64,000 nucleotides of DNA from Desulfobacterales bacterium (lineage in GTDB: Bacteria; Desulfobacterota; Desulfobacteria; Desulfobacterales; JAFDDL01), in NCBI GenBank assembly GCA_040235505.1, contig JBECKW010000136.1, forward strand, positions 8,136-72,135, in the 5' to 3' direction. The translations under genes and the position numbers were made by a program. A model generated the notes under the pieces. That model made no database searches and was not told the DNA's origin. It worked only from the letters and a program-made list of their open reading frames with translations. Shown one piece after another: positions 38,226 to 49,591 of the stretch (its first letter is position 1; the number at the start of each line of letters is the position of its first letter).

Positions 38226-38819
38226 ATGAAAACGCGGACTTCCAGTGTGGAGCGAAATACCAAAGAAACCCAGATTCGCATGCATTTGAACTTGGACGGA
38301 AAGGGAAAAGCAGAAGGACTTTCCACCGGCATCCCTTTTTTCGATCACATGCTCACCCTCTTTGCCGTTCACGGTTTTTTTGACCTTACAGTGGAGGCGA
38401 AAGGGGACATTGAAGTCGATTTTCATCACACGGTAGAGGATCTGGGGCTCGTCATCGGAGAGACGATTCAGAAGGCCCTTGGAGACCGGAAGGGAATTCG
38501 ACGATTCGGGCATGCTGTTACGCCCATGGATGAAGCGTTGACCTCGGTCACAGTGGACCTTTCCAATCGTCCATATATGGTTTTCAATGTCCCGGCTTCG
38601 CTCCTGCAAAGCGGCAACAGCCTGACCTGCCTTGCCAAGGAGTTTTTTCGGGCCGTATCTACCCGTGCCGGTATGAATCTTCACATCAATGTCGCTTACG
38701 GCGAAAACGAGCATCATATTATCGAATCGATTTTCAAATCTCTGGGGCGTGCGCTCCACGATGCCTCCCGCCTCGATCCTCGTGTTTCCGAAGTACGTTC
38801 ATCCAAAGGAACCATTTAG
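38226..38819 (+). CDS. hisB: Imidazoleglycerol-phosphate dehydratase
   Basis: RNTKETQI, GIPFFDHML and HHIIESIFKSLGRAL motifs. 197 aa. Confidence 0.93.
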   Translation: MKTRTSSVERNTKETQIRMHLNLDGKGKAEGLSTGIPFFDHMLTLFAVHGFFDLTVEAKGDIEVDFHHTVEDLGLVIGETIQKALGDRKGIRRFGHAVTPMDEALTSVTVDLSNRPYMVFNVPASLLQSGNSLTCLAKEFFRAVSTRAGMNLHINVAYGENEHHIIESIFKSLGRALHDASRLDPRVSEVRSSKGTI

Positions 38820-38822
38820 CAA

Positions 38823-39584
38823 ATGATCATCATTCCTGCGATTGATTTAAAGGAAGGGAGATGCGTCCGGCTTCTTCAAGGACGCATGGATGCGGAAACC
38901 GTTTTTTCCGATAATCCGACCGCCATGGCGGAAAAATGGCAACAATGCGGCGCCCGGCTTATCCATGTGGTTGACCTCGATGGAGCGATCGAGAAAAGTC
39001 CCAAGAACCTGAACGCAATCCGAGATATTGTAAAAAGCATCCGGGTACCGATACAGGTGGGGGGCGGAATCCGCAACATGAAAACCATTGATATGTATCT
39101 GGAGTTGGGCGTCAGGCGTGTCATTATCGGGACCGAAGCCATCCGAAATCCAAAACTTGTACTGGAAGCCTGCCGACAATACCCGGATCAAATCATTGTC
39201 GGCATCGATGCCCGAAACGGAAAAGTTGCCATCGAGGGGTGGACCAAGGACACGGATACAAAAGCGATTGATCTTGCAAAAAAGTTTGAAGACTGCGGTG
39301 TGGCGGCCATCAATTTTACGGATATCCATCGGGATGGTATGGAAACAGGCCCGAATCTGGAAGAAACCCGACTCCTTGCCGAAGCCGTTCGCATTCCGAT
39401 TGTGGCATCCGGTGGCGTCGGCGGCATTAAGGATGTGATAAACCTTCTGCCGCTTGAATCTTCCGGAGTTGTTGGCATGATTACCGGACGGGCGCTCTAT
39501 ACGGGCGCCATGGATTTGTCGGATGCTATCCAGACCACCGAAAAGGCGCAGCCGTCGGACACTCGATACAAAGCGTTCATTTGA
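38823..39584 (+). CDS. hisA: 1-(5-phosphoribosyl)-5-[(5-phosphoribosylamino)methylideneamino]imidazole-4-carboxamide isomerase
   Basis: IIPAIDLKEGRCVRL, HVVDLDGA, VGGGIR and ASGGV motifs. It starts 3 nt after hisB. Confidence 0.93.
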   Translation: MIIIPAIDLKEGRCVRLLQGRMDAETVFSDNPTAMAEKWQQCGARLIHVVDLDGAIEKSPKNLNAIRDIVKSIRVPIQVGGGIRNMKTIDMYLELGVRRVIIGTEAIRNPKLVLEACRQYPDQIIVGIDARNGKVAIEGWTKDTDTKAIDLAKKFEDCGVAAINFTDIHRDGMETGPNLEETRLLAEAVRIPIVASGGVGGIKDVINLLPLESSGVVGMITGRALYTGAMDLSDAIQTTEKAQPSDTRYKAFI

Positions 39585-39603
39585 AACGGATACAAATATA
39601 GTC

Positions 39604-39632
39604 TTGACATAAAGCTTATCAAGTAATAAAAA
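39604..39632 (+). promoter_or_regulatory. Possible sigma-70-like promoter upstream of dnaG (TTGACA-17 nt-TAAAAA)
   Basis: Consensus -35 with 17-nt spacing to an A/T-rich -10. It lies about 110 nt upstream of the dnaG start. Confidence 0.35.
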
Positions 39633-39744
39633 TAGCGTTTAACAAAAAAAACGGCCGGCGGTATGTTCAGCGCGATCTGAAGCAGTCCCGTCCTTTCCGC
39701 AATCGTTAGTTTTACCGGGTTCAATCGATTGGAGGACAGGCTCC

Positions 39745-41598
39745 TTGGCAGCAATTATTCCTGAGGACAAAATAAAAGAGGTGCGAGAGGCCGCGGATAT
39801 CCTCGAGCTGATCTCAGAATCCGTTGTATTGAAAAAAACCGGTAAAAATTATCAGGGACTTTGTCCGTTTCATGCCGAAAAGACACCGTCTTTTTCAGTC
39901 AATCCCTCTAAACAGATTTTTTATTGTTTCGGATGCGGCATCGGGGGGGATGCCATTGCCTTTCTTATGAAAAAGGAGGGGATGAGTTTCCCGGAAGCTG
40001 TTCGGGATCTTGCCCGAAGAACCGGTGTTCATATCCCGGTCGAATCCATTTCACCCGAGCAGAAACAACGAATGACCGAACGGGACCAGCTCTTGAAGGT
40101 CAATCGGCTGGCAAAAGATTTTTACCAGAGCAGGCTCAAAGGCTCCGGTGGCGAAAACGCAATGAAATACCTTCAAAAGAGGCGTATAAGCAGGGAAACC
40201 ATCGATACATTTCAACTTGGATACGCGCCGGAGGGCTGGGACCACTTGGCAGGTTATTTTCGAAACAGGCGTTTCCCGGTTCCTCCTGCACTGGCTGAAA
40301 AACTGGGCCTGATCGTACCGAGAAAAAATGGGTCCGGTCATTACGATTCGTTCAGAAATCGGATTGTCTTTCCCATTTTCAATATCAGCAAACAGGTCAT
40401 CGGATTTGGTGGCCGGGTGATGGATGATTCCCTTCCGAAATACCTCAATTCTCCGGAAACACCCGTGTACAACAAAGGCCGAACACTTTACGGCATCGAC
40501 CAGGCGAAACGGGAAGCCCGTGAAAAGGAACTGGTATATATCGTCGAAGGATACCTTGATCTGATCGCCATGTTTCAGCACGGGATACCCAATTGCGTGG
40601 CTACACTCGGAACGGCGCTGACGGGAGAGCATGTGAGAGTATTGCGGGGCCTGGTAGGTGCACAGGGCAGGGTGGTTCTGGTATTCGATTCAGATGCCGC
40701 CGGGATCAAGGCGGCTGAAAGAAGTATCGATATTTTTGCAAAAGAGTATATGGATGCTTATATTCTTGTTCTTGAGGAAGGTCATGACCCGGATTCCTTT
40801 CTGGCAGAGTACGGAGCTGGCAAATTTCAAGCGGCCGCGGGAAAGGCTTTAAGCACCGTTTCGTTTTTGATCGAATCCGCGGTGAAACGTCACGGCCTGA
40901 CGCCCGAGGGGAAAATTCGAATCATTGAGGATATGAAAACGCCTCTTGCGGATATTGAGGATCAGGTGGCAAGGTCTTTGTATGTAAAATCGCTCTGTGA
41001 GCGGATCGATGTTGATGAAACCGCTGTCATCGAAAAGATCGATCATACGAAATCGGCTGCCGGCACAAGAGGTCGTGATTACAACGGTGGATTTCAATCG
41101 GACGCCAGCCTCTCCGCCAGCGATACCGGCCGGTCGATTCATACAAGGATGGAATCAAGGATCGTTTCCATGATGCTTCAGTTTCCATCCATGATCATAG
41201 AGATCCGCAAACGCAGACTGTGGGAATTGTTTGGGGACGACCGGCTTCGTTTGATAAGTAGAACCGTGGTTGAACATCATGACGGTTCCCGGGACATCGC
41301 TTCCGTACTCGATAAGATCGAAGCGGATGATGTGCGGGCGCTTGCCACGGCCCTTGCCATCGGGGATGAATCCTGGGATGAGCAAGGATGTTTGAAATTG
41401 CTGGATCAGTTTGAATCGAGCAGACGCCGAAAAAATCGATCACTTATCCAGGAAATAAAAGCCGCTGAAGCCGATGAAGATCCTGAAACACTGGACAAGC
41501 TGTTAAGAGAAAAACTTGAGCAGGCAAGAAAAAAATCATTGCCGTTGAGAAGGCGGCGGAACTTAAAAAACAAGGGCAGTTTCATAAAAAGCCCATAA
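39745..41598 (+). CDS. dnaG: DNA primase
   Basis: Zinc-ribbon CPFHAEKTPSFSVNPSKQIFYCFGCG and TOPRIM EGYLD...DSDAAG. TTG start with GGAGGA 8 nt upstream. Confidence 0.92.
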   Translation: MAAIIPEDKIKEVREAADILELISESVVLKKTGKNYQGLCPFHAEKTPSFSVNPSKQIFYCFGCGIGGDAIAFLMKKEGMSFPEAVRDLARRTGVHIPVESISPEQKQRMTERDQLLKVNRLAKDFYQSRLKGSGGENAMKYLQKRRISRETIDTFQLGYAPEGWDHLAGYFRNRRFPVPPALAEKLGLIVPRKNGSGHYDSFRNRIVFPIFNISKQVIGFGGRVMDDSLPKYLNSPETPVYNKGRTLYGIDQAKREAREKELVYIVEGYLDLIAMFQHGIPNCVATLGTALTGEHVRVLRGLVGAQGRVVLVFDSDAAGIKAAERSIDIFAKEYMDAYILVLEEGHDPDSFLAEYGAGKFQAAAGKALSTVSFLIESAVKRHGLTPEGKIRIIEDMKTPLADIEDQVARSLYVKSLCERIDVDETAVIEKIDHTKSAAGTRGRDYNGGFQSDASLSASDTGRSIHTRMESRIVSMMLQFPSMIIEIRKRRLWELFGDDRLRLISRTVVEHHDGSRDIASVLDKIEADDVRALATALAIGDESWDEQGCLKLLDQFESSRRRKNRSLIQEIKAAEADEDPETLDKLLREKLEQARKKSLPLRRRRNLKNKGSFIKSP

Positions 41599-41651
41599 CC
41601 GGTTATCGGACAAGTTTCGAATAAACTGACCGCTTTGGGAGGCGAAAGTTT

Positions 41652-43415
<1,764 letters not shown>

Positions 43416-43485
43416 GTCTTTGGTGGTGAGCAGCCCCTTGACAAAAAGCGCTCCTACCGGTACTAAGTCATTCGCCGTTTATTCG

Positions 43486-43561
43486 GGGCCCATAGCTCAG
43501 CTGGCAGAGCCACCGGCTCATAACCGGTCGGTCCCTGGTTCGAATCCAGGTGGGCCCACCA
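43486..43561 (+). tRNA. tRNA with CAT anticodon (elongator Met, or Ile2 read via lysidine); CCA encoded
   Basis: Acceptor GGGCCCA/TGGGCCC, D-arm GCTCAGCTGGCAGAGC, anticodon stem-loop ACCGG-CTCATAA-CCGGT, T-arm CTGGTTCGAATCCAG. It is not an initiator: 1-72 are paired and the anticodon stem has no GGG/CCC. C4-G69 and C5-G68 resemble E. coli tRNA-Ile2, so the identity is ambiguous. Confidence 0.9.
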
Positions 43562-43654
43562 ACAAGAGGGATGCAAAGCTTGAATGCCGTTTGATTTACA
43601 GCAAAAAATACCAATGTTTGTGATTTGTGGGAGATGTCCACATATCCAGTTTTC

Positions 43655-43687
43655 AAAAGGCGTGGCCGAAAGGGGTCACGCCTTTTT
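43655..43687 (+). terminator. Intrinsic terminator downstream of the tRNA(CAT)
   Basis: AAAAGGCGTG-gccgaaaggggt-CACGCCTTTTT: a 9-10 bp stem with a U-tract. Confidence 0.65.
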
Positions 43688-43705
43688 CATTGGAGGAACG
43701 GCCGT

Positions 43706-44524
43706 ATGACGACAACGGTTGCAGATATTATCAAAATTCTGGAAGAGATTGCTCCTGTCAGTCTGGCGGAATCCTGGGATAACCCGGGGCTTCAGGTTGG
43801 ACGACGGGATTGGCCGGTAAAAAAAGTCATGATCGCGCTTGATGCCACCCGTGATGTTATGAGCCATGCCTCCGAGAAAGGCGCTGACATGCTGGTGACG
43901 CATCATCCGCTTTTGTTCCGGCCGCTTAAATCCATTGATCTGTCAACCCCCATCGGAGAGATCATCGGCAACGCCATTCGAAATGCCATCTCCGTATATT
44001 CCCTCCATACCAATTTCGACAGCGCCGAAGATGGTCTCAACGATGAACTGGCTGCACGGTTGGGACTCAAAAACAATACGGTTCTGGCGGTTATGGAAAC
44101 CTCGTCATCCATGCCGAAAGCCGAAACCGGACTCGGACGGATCGGTGACCTTCAGGAACGAACCGATCTGGCATCTCTTTGCCGAACGATCAAGAAAAAT
44201 CTCGGGCTCGATAGCATTCGGATGATCGGAGATCCACATCAGACGGTATGCCGTGTGGCGATTTGTACCGGCAGCGGAGGTGATCTTTTAGGGCATTTTT
44301 ATGAATCCGACGCCACTGTTTTCATTACGGGAGACATACGATATCACGATGCAAGAGACGCAGAGGAAAGAGGACGCGCCCTGATCGACATCGGACATTT
44401 CGGATCGGAGCATATTATGGTACGGCAACTTGGCAATCGTTTATCGAAGATTTTTGGCAACACCCATCCGGATGTCGACGTTCTCACATGTGAGATCGAA
44501 AAAGATCCCTTTGTGGTTTTGTAG
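43706..44524 (+). CDS. Nif3-like dinuclear metal centre protein (YbgI/YqfO family)
   Basis: ESWDNPGLQVG, VTHHPLLF, and C-terminal GHFGSEH. Start set at MTTTVADII (43706) with GGAGGA 8 nt upstream. Confidence 0.88.
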   Translation: MTTTVADIIKILEEIAPVSLAESWDNPGLQVGRRDWPVKKVMIALDATRDVMSHASEKGADMLVTHHPLLFRPLKSIDLSTPIGEIIGNAIRNAISVYSLHTNFDSAEDGLNDELAARLGLKNNTVLAVMETSSSMPKAETGLGRIGDLQERTDLASLCRTIKKNLGLDSIRMIGDPHQTVCRVAICTGSGGDLLGHFYESDATVFITGDIRYHDARDAEERGRALIDIGHFGSEHIMVRQLGNRLSKIFGNTHPDVDVLTCEIEKDPFVVL

Positions 44525-44580
44525 CTTCTTCATCAACACTCTGGGGACGAAAACTATTCGATGGTCTTAAGGGGTATGAC

Positions 44581-45294
44581 ATGAAACAAAATCTTGAAAG
44601 CCTGCTCGAATTTCAAAAAGCTGAAATTGAAATCGATCGGTTAAACAGTAATCTCAACTCAGTCCCTGGACGATTGGCGGATCTGGACAACAAGCAGGAA
44701 TCACTTCAAACGACGTATGAAAACGAAAAAAACAGTTTAGCGGTATTGAAAAAAAAGTATCGCTCGATGGAATCCGAAGTTCAGACCAATATTGCCAAGA
44801 TATCCAAAAGCCAGGAAAAACTGGGATCCGTCAAAACAAATAAGGAATACCAGGCGATCCTTAAAGAAATCGACGATATCAAAGGAAAAAATTCAGCTAT
44901 TGAAGATGAAATGATCGATTGCCTGGAACAGATGGAAACGGTCGAAAGGGAACTGACTGAAAAGAGTGGGATTTTAAAACAGATTCTGGCGAATTTGACG
45001 GCGGAAAAGGATACGATAAACCGAGAAGCCGAGGAGAATGCAAAACGCCTGGACGCGGCCGAGCAGTTGCGGCGTCAGTTGGCCGAAGATGTGGATACCG
45101 CACTCATGGCCGATTATGACCGGGTGAAAAAGATTGTCAGAACCAGACCCGTGGTCCCCGTTTTAAAAGCGATCTGCCAGGGATGCCATTTGAATATCCC
45201 CCCCCAGATGTTCAATGAATTGCAACGTGGGGATCAGTTGAAATTTTGTCCACACTGCGATAGGATCGTTTTCTGGAACGATATGCTGGAGTAA
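44581..45294 (+). CDS. Coiled-coil protein with a C-terminal C4 zinc ribbon (COG1579-type)
   Basis: Long heptad-rich region followed by CQGCHLNIPPQMFNEL...KFCPHCDRIVF. A Nif3 neighbour is the usual context for this family. Confidence 0.8.
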   Translation: MKQNLESLLEFQKAEIEIDRLNSNLNSVPGRLADLDNKQESLQTTYENEKNSLAVLKKKYRSMESEVQTNIAKISKSQEKLGSVKTNKEYQAILKEIDDIKGKNSAIEDEMIDCLEQMETVERELTEKSGILKQILANLTAEKDTINREAEENAKRLDAAEQLRRQLAEDVDTALMADYDRVKKIVRTRPVVPVLKAICQGCHLNIPPQMFNELQRGDQLKFCPHCDRIVFWNDMLE

Positions 45295-45311
45295 TGAGTA
45301 AAAGGCAAAAT

Positions 45312-45688
<377 letters not shown>

Positions 45689-45726
45689 ATTTGTCCTGAA
45701 TTTTCCAATAACCTTTTTTCACATGA

Positions 45727-47079
45727 ATGCGATTTTCGCTTTTAGTGATCAGACACCGGTCGTACTATATGGAAACACCCCACACTTCGTGTGACATTTC
45801 TTTTGCTGAAAAAGCGAGAATTTTTTCTCTGGATTACCTGAAATGCTGCAGCTATATTTCTGAATTTGAGCATCCTCAGCTTTATTTTACAAAAAAGCTC
45901 TATTCAAAGATGACATCCACCTCGCAGCTTCTTGAAGACTTCCTTGATTTTCATGGCGCAAAAAACAGCTCGGCATGGTACCTCTACCGTGAATTTGCGG
46001 CGGCCGTCAGGCATTTAACGACTGCCGCCTATTCTCAGATGCATATTTCGAACCGAATTGCTTTTTATCTTCTGACGGATACGGAAGAGTTTGAAAAAGA
46101 AGGCGCTGCGACGCTCAATTTTCTAAACAAGACATTGATCAAGATGGCACCGGTGATACTCAATGAAGCAAAATTATTGAATATCCCGTTGCCGGAAGAC
46201 AAATTCAGCTCCAGTGATTTCCCGGGCATCAGTACAGGGGAAATGCTTCCCTTTGATATCGACGATGTCAACAGGGACCAACAAAAGGAGCATATTGTCA
46301 ATATTGCCAGTGAATTTCTGAATATTTCAAAAAAATTCGATGAAATCAGTTTTTTCGAACCGTATTCTCCGGAAACCCTCCGCAGCATGGTGCCTCAAAA
46401 GATCAATGAAGTTGAAATGCGGCGTTTCGAAATGCTGGTGCATAATCTGCAATCTTCCTTCGATACGTATGTGATTCATGGAGGATATCGATTCGGCGAC
46501 CGTAAGCTGAAACAGATTCGGGGGCATTTTTCAGTGGTTTTTCACCTGCTGCAGATGGTGGGAAGGCTGCTTCACTTCTATGAACGCCATCTTCATGAGG
46601 CAGGGTATAAAAATATTTATAAGCAGGTCTATGACCGCCTGACATCCCTTGTCGACCCGCAACTTCTTCTGGACCGTACCATCAATTATGCACTCTATTA
46701 TGTCTGCCACTTCATGTCCACCGGCAAAGAGCTTGCCAAGGACATTCTGAATGAACACATCGAAAGATCTTCCATCACCGTTGGAATTCCCCAGAAGCTT
46801 GGATTTCACAGCCGCCCCAGCCTCCTCGTAGCCAAAATCGTGCAGTATTACGGCGGTCAGGTGGAACTTTGTATTGACTCCGATCGCTTTGACGCCAGTT
46901 CCGTTCTGGATATCCAGTGGGCGGGGGGGAAAATTCAGAAGGAAAATATACAGCGGGTGGTTTTTGAGGGGGATCTGCGTGCCCTTAAGGATATCGAAGT
47001 GCTCGCAAGCGTCAACTACGGTGAAGACACGCTTGGAAAAGGGGTCCCTTTACCCAAACAACTCGGATACTTGAGATAA
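45727..47079 (+). CDS. Protein of unknown function with a C-terminal HPr (PTS phosphocarrier)-like domain
   Basis: The last ~95 aa read ITVGIPQKLGFHSRPSLLVAKIVQYYGGQVELCIDSDRFDASSVLDIQWAG...FEGD, compared with the HPr consensus G(L/I)HARPA around His15. The first ~340 aa are helical with no motif I recognise. The start could instead be METPHTS at 45769. Confidence 0.62.
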   Translation: MRFSLLVIRHRSYYMETPHTSCDISFAEKARIFSLDYLKCCSYISEFEHPQLYFTKKLYSKMTSTSQLLEDFLDFHGAKNSSAWYLYREFAAAVRHLTTAAYSQMHISNRIAFYLLTDTEEFEKEGAATLNFLNKTLIKMAPVILNEAKLLNIPLPEDKFSSSDFPGISTGEMLPFDIDDVNRDQQKEHIVNIASEFLNISKKFDEISFFEPYSPETLRSMVPQKINEVEMRRFEMLVHNLQSSFDTYVIHGGYRFGDRKLKQIRGHFSVVFHLLQMVGRLLHFYERHLHEAGYKNIYKQVYDRLTSLVDPQLLLDRTINYALYYVCHFMSTGKELAKDILNEHIERSSITVGIPQKLGFHSRPSLLVAKIVQYYGGQVELCIDSDRFDASSVLDIQWAGGKIQKENIQRVVFEGDLRALKDIEVLASVNYGEDTLGKGVPLPKQLGYLR

Positions 47080-47086
47080 TTACTCA

Positions 47087-47794
47087 ATGACTGATCCCCT
47101 GGTTTCCGCCCTCATCGTCGCAGCCGGAAAAGGCGTTCGAATGAATGCATCCGCTCGAAAGCAGTATCTTCTTCTCGGGGGGGCCCCGATCATCACCCGA
47201 ACTGTCCGGGTGTTCAGCGACTGTCCGTTCATACGAGCGATATACATAGCGGTGCCGCCTGCGGATGTAGACTACTGCAGGGGGCTTTTCGGGCGATATC
47301 CCATTAAAGCCGAATGGCGGGTTGTCCCGGGTGGAGAATCACGCCAGAAGTCCGTCTATCGTGGCCTCACCGCCATGGAAAAAAACATGTCACCAAACGA
47401 CCTCGTGGTGATTCATGATGGTGTACGCCCGTTGGTCACACAGTCACAGATCGAGTCGTGTGTGGTGTCTGCCGAAAAATGTGGTGCAAGCATTCTTGCG
47501 ATTCCCGCCCAGGATACCGTCAAACAGGTGGAAAACGACAGCGACCGCATATCCGGCACACTACCACGAAACAGCATCTGGCTTGCCCAGACCCCCCAGG
47601 TGTTCAAATACGGTATTATTCGGGAGGCACACGAGCATGCCGTAAAAAATGGGATTTCCGGAACGGATGACGCGGCGCTGGTGGAGATGATGTCCGGTCA
47701 GGTCAGGGTCGTTGTCGGAAGTCGGACCAACATAAAAATCACCGAACCGGAGGATCTCGCTTACGCTGAATCGCTGCTTGGCTTGAAGCAGTAG
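47087..47794 (+). CDS. ispD: 2-C-methyl-D-erythritol 4-phosphate cytidylyltransferase
   Basis: VAAGKGVRM, VIHDGVRP and QTPQVF motifs. 235 aa. Confidence 0.92.
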   Translation: MTDPLVSALIVAAGKGVRMNASARKQYLLLGGAPIITRTVRVFSDCPFIRAIYIAVPPADVDYCRGLFGRYPIKAEWRVVPGGESRQKSVYRGLTAMEKNMSPNDLVVIHDGVRPLVTQSQIESCVVSAEKCGASILAIPAQDTVKQVENDSDRISGTLPRNSIWLAQTPQVFKYGIIREAHEHAVKNGISGTDDAALVEMMSGQVRVVVGSRTNIKITEPEDLAYAESLLGLKQ

Positions 47795-47840
47795 GCGCAT
47801 TCACCGGGTGAGCATTACCGATTTGTCAAAAACGTAAATA

Positions 47841-47934
47841 ATCCGCAGATTACGCAGATTCACGCAGATTTAAAAAACATGAATTCTGTTTTTCTTTCTT
47901 TTAAAATCTGCGTGAATCTGCGTAATCTGCGGAT
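47841..47934. repeat. 31-bp perfect inverted repeat (three tandem CGCAGATT-like units per arm) with a ~31-nt loop; probably a bidirectional terminator
   Basis: Left arm ATCCGCAGATTACGCAGATTCACGCAGATTT (47841-47871). Right arm AAATCTGCGTGAATCTGCGTAATCTGCGGAT (ending at 47934). It sits between the convergent ispD and the LOG-like gene, with TCTTTTTT after the right arm. Confidence 0.9.
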
Positions 47935-47960
47935 ATCTTTTTTCGCCGTATTGAAACCCA

Positions 47961-48461
47961 TCAGAATGGTTGTAACAAATCGGAAATAGTATTTATAACG
48001 TCCTCCGGAGAGTCGGCATAGTGAAGAAGGCCCGGTGGGGCGGATGCTTCAATGATGTTTTCTTTCTTGTAACCTAAAAGGATTACCGGCTTTGCGCTTT
48101 TAAGAGCCAGTGCGATCTCGGATAATGTGCCGGCGCCCCCAGGGAAGGCAATGACGATGTCACTTGAAAGCACATTGATACTGTTCCGGGCCTGTCCCAT
48201 TCCCGTGACGATGGCCACGTCGATATAAGCAGAAGCACGTCCGCAGTCGCTATCGGGAAGGATGCCGATGGTGAGCCCCCCGCATTCCCTGGCACCTCTG
48301 GCGGAAGCTTCCATCACGCCGCTGTTTCTCCCTCCGTTTAGGAGCACCCAGTCTTTCTGTGCGATCATGCAGCCAAGACGGTATGCGGATTCCAGGATAG
48401 ACGGTGATGCGGAGCCGCCCCCCATGATGCCCGCCATCAATCTCCTTCTGTTTGTTTTCAT
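47961..48461 (-). CDS. LOG/TIGR00725-family (lysine-decarboxylase-like, SLOG fold) protein
   Basis: GGGSAS...GVMEA...PGGAGTLSE motifs of the LOG superfamily. 166 aa. It overlaps the upstream yvcK-like stop by 4 nt. Confidence 0.78.
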   Translation of the reverse strand: MKTNRRRLMAGIMGGGSASPSILESAYRLGCMIAQKDWVLLNGGRNSGVMEASARGARECGGLTIGILPDSDCGRASAYIDVAIVTGMGQARNSINVLSSDIVIAFPGGAGTLSEIALALKSAKPVILLGYKKENIIEASAPPGLLHYADSPEDVINTISDLLQPF

Positions 48462-49447
48462 GGGATGTCTTTTTTCGTTAATATCCGGTTTATAATATCC
48501 GCAAGTTTCTTAGAATCATGTCGAATTACATCTCCGGAAGTGTTTAGCATGTCGGCTCCGAAGAGAGAATACTCTTTCCAACATTCTGAGGCCGGAGACA
48601 CACGGATCATTTCCGACCGTTCCTCGCGATACTTCTCCAGAAGATATGGCTCGGGTGCCAGGGTATTGTAAATGATGCTCTGTATTTTGCGGCAGATGCT
48701 CGTCTCAACTTTTTCCACAAAATCGATTGCGGAAAAATCTTGTGTTTCACCGTATTTTGTCATGATGTTTAAAATATAAATCACATGGGCGGATGTTTTC
48801 TGAACGGCCTCCGTAACTGAGGGGACTACGAAATTCGGGATGATGCTGGTAAATAGATCTCCGGGGCCGATGATAATAACATCCGCGTTGTAGATAGCGT
48901 CGATCACGGGCGGAAAGACGGAAATGGAATCACCATGGTGCGGTACAAGATAAACGTCGCGTATGCTTTCCCGTTGCGCATACTCGGGACGGTCAATGGC
49001 GCTTTCGCCGAAGATTCGACTTCCGTCGGTCAGTTCTGCAACCAGCGTCGCACGATCCACGGTCACCGGCAGGATCGTTCCCCTGGACTCCAGAATTTCC
49101 GCAAGTGCCTTGATGCCGCTGGGGAAACTCCCTGTATACTGGGAAAGCATGGTAAGCAGCATGTTCCCCGCCGTGTGACCCTTCAACCGCCTGTTCTCCG
49201 TAAATCGACGAAGGAAGATGTTACGGGTGAAATCCCTGTAGGGAGACAGGGCTAGGATGCATTTGAGCACATCTCCCGGCGGCAGAACTCCGAATTCATC
49301 CCTGAGCCGTCCTGTGCTTCCGCCACTGTCCATCATGGAAACCACCGCCGTGATCTCCATGTCCAAATGGTTCCGGAGCCCGGAGAGCAGAGTGAACTGA
49401 CCGGTTCCGCCACCGATCGTAACCACCTTTTTCTTTTTTTTCTTCAT
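48458..49447 (-). CDS. yvcK: YvcK/CofD-family gluconeogenesis factor-like protein
   Basis: VVTIGGGTGQFTLLSGLR, MDSGGSTGRLRDE and IIIGPGDLFTSI motifs. The N-terminus is MKKKKKK. Confidence 0.86.
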   Translation of the reverse strand: MKKKKKKVVTIGGGTGQFTLLSGLRNHLDMEITAVVSMMDSGGSTGRLRDEFGVLPPGDVLKCILALSPYRDFTRNIFLRRFTENRRLKGHTAGNMLLTMLSQYTGSFPSGIKALAEILESRGTILPVTVDRATLVAELTDGSRIFGESAIDRPEYAQRESIRDVYLVPHHGDSISVFPPVIDAIYNADVIIIGPGDLFTSIIPNFVVPSVTEAVQKTSAHVIYILNIMTKYGETQDFSAIDFVEKVETSICRKIQSIIYNTLAPEPYLLEKYREERSEMIRVSPASECWKEYSLFGADMLNTSGDVIRHDSKKLADIINRILTKKDIP

Positions 49448-49506
49448 ATGCGTTTTTTATCCCCTCCTGATTATTTTTTCAATCCCCCGGCTGAAAAAGG
49501 ATTCGG

Positions 49507-49535
49507 TTGACACACCTTCTTCCTTTTCTTATCTT
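49507..49535 (+). promoter_or_regulatory. Possible sigma-70-like promoter (TTGACA-17 nt-TATCTT)
   Basis: Consensus -35 with 17-nt spacing, about 55 nt upstream of the ATG at 49592. That ATG has an AGGAGGA RBS. Confidence 0.35.
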
Positions 49536-49591
49536 TATGAAACGGGAAAAAACCAGCTTTATCTTACCAAAAGACGCACCAGGAGGATAAT

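Noticed and set aside
47841-47934. CRISPR-like repeat array
   Set aside because: The repeated CGCAGATT units are contiguous 8-10-nt tandem copies arranged as one palindrome. They are not 25-40-nt repeats separated by unique spacers, and there are no cas genes in the window.
49431-49447. Homopolymeric A/T run encoding the MKKKKKK N-terminus of the YvcK-like protein, as a possible phase-variation tract
   Set aside because: The longest uninterrupted run is only 8 nt and sits in a conserved housekeeping-type gene. There is no second in-frame start or other evidence of phase-variable switching.
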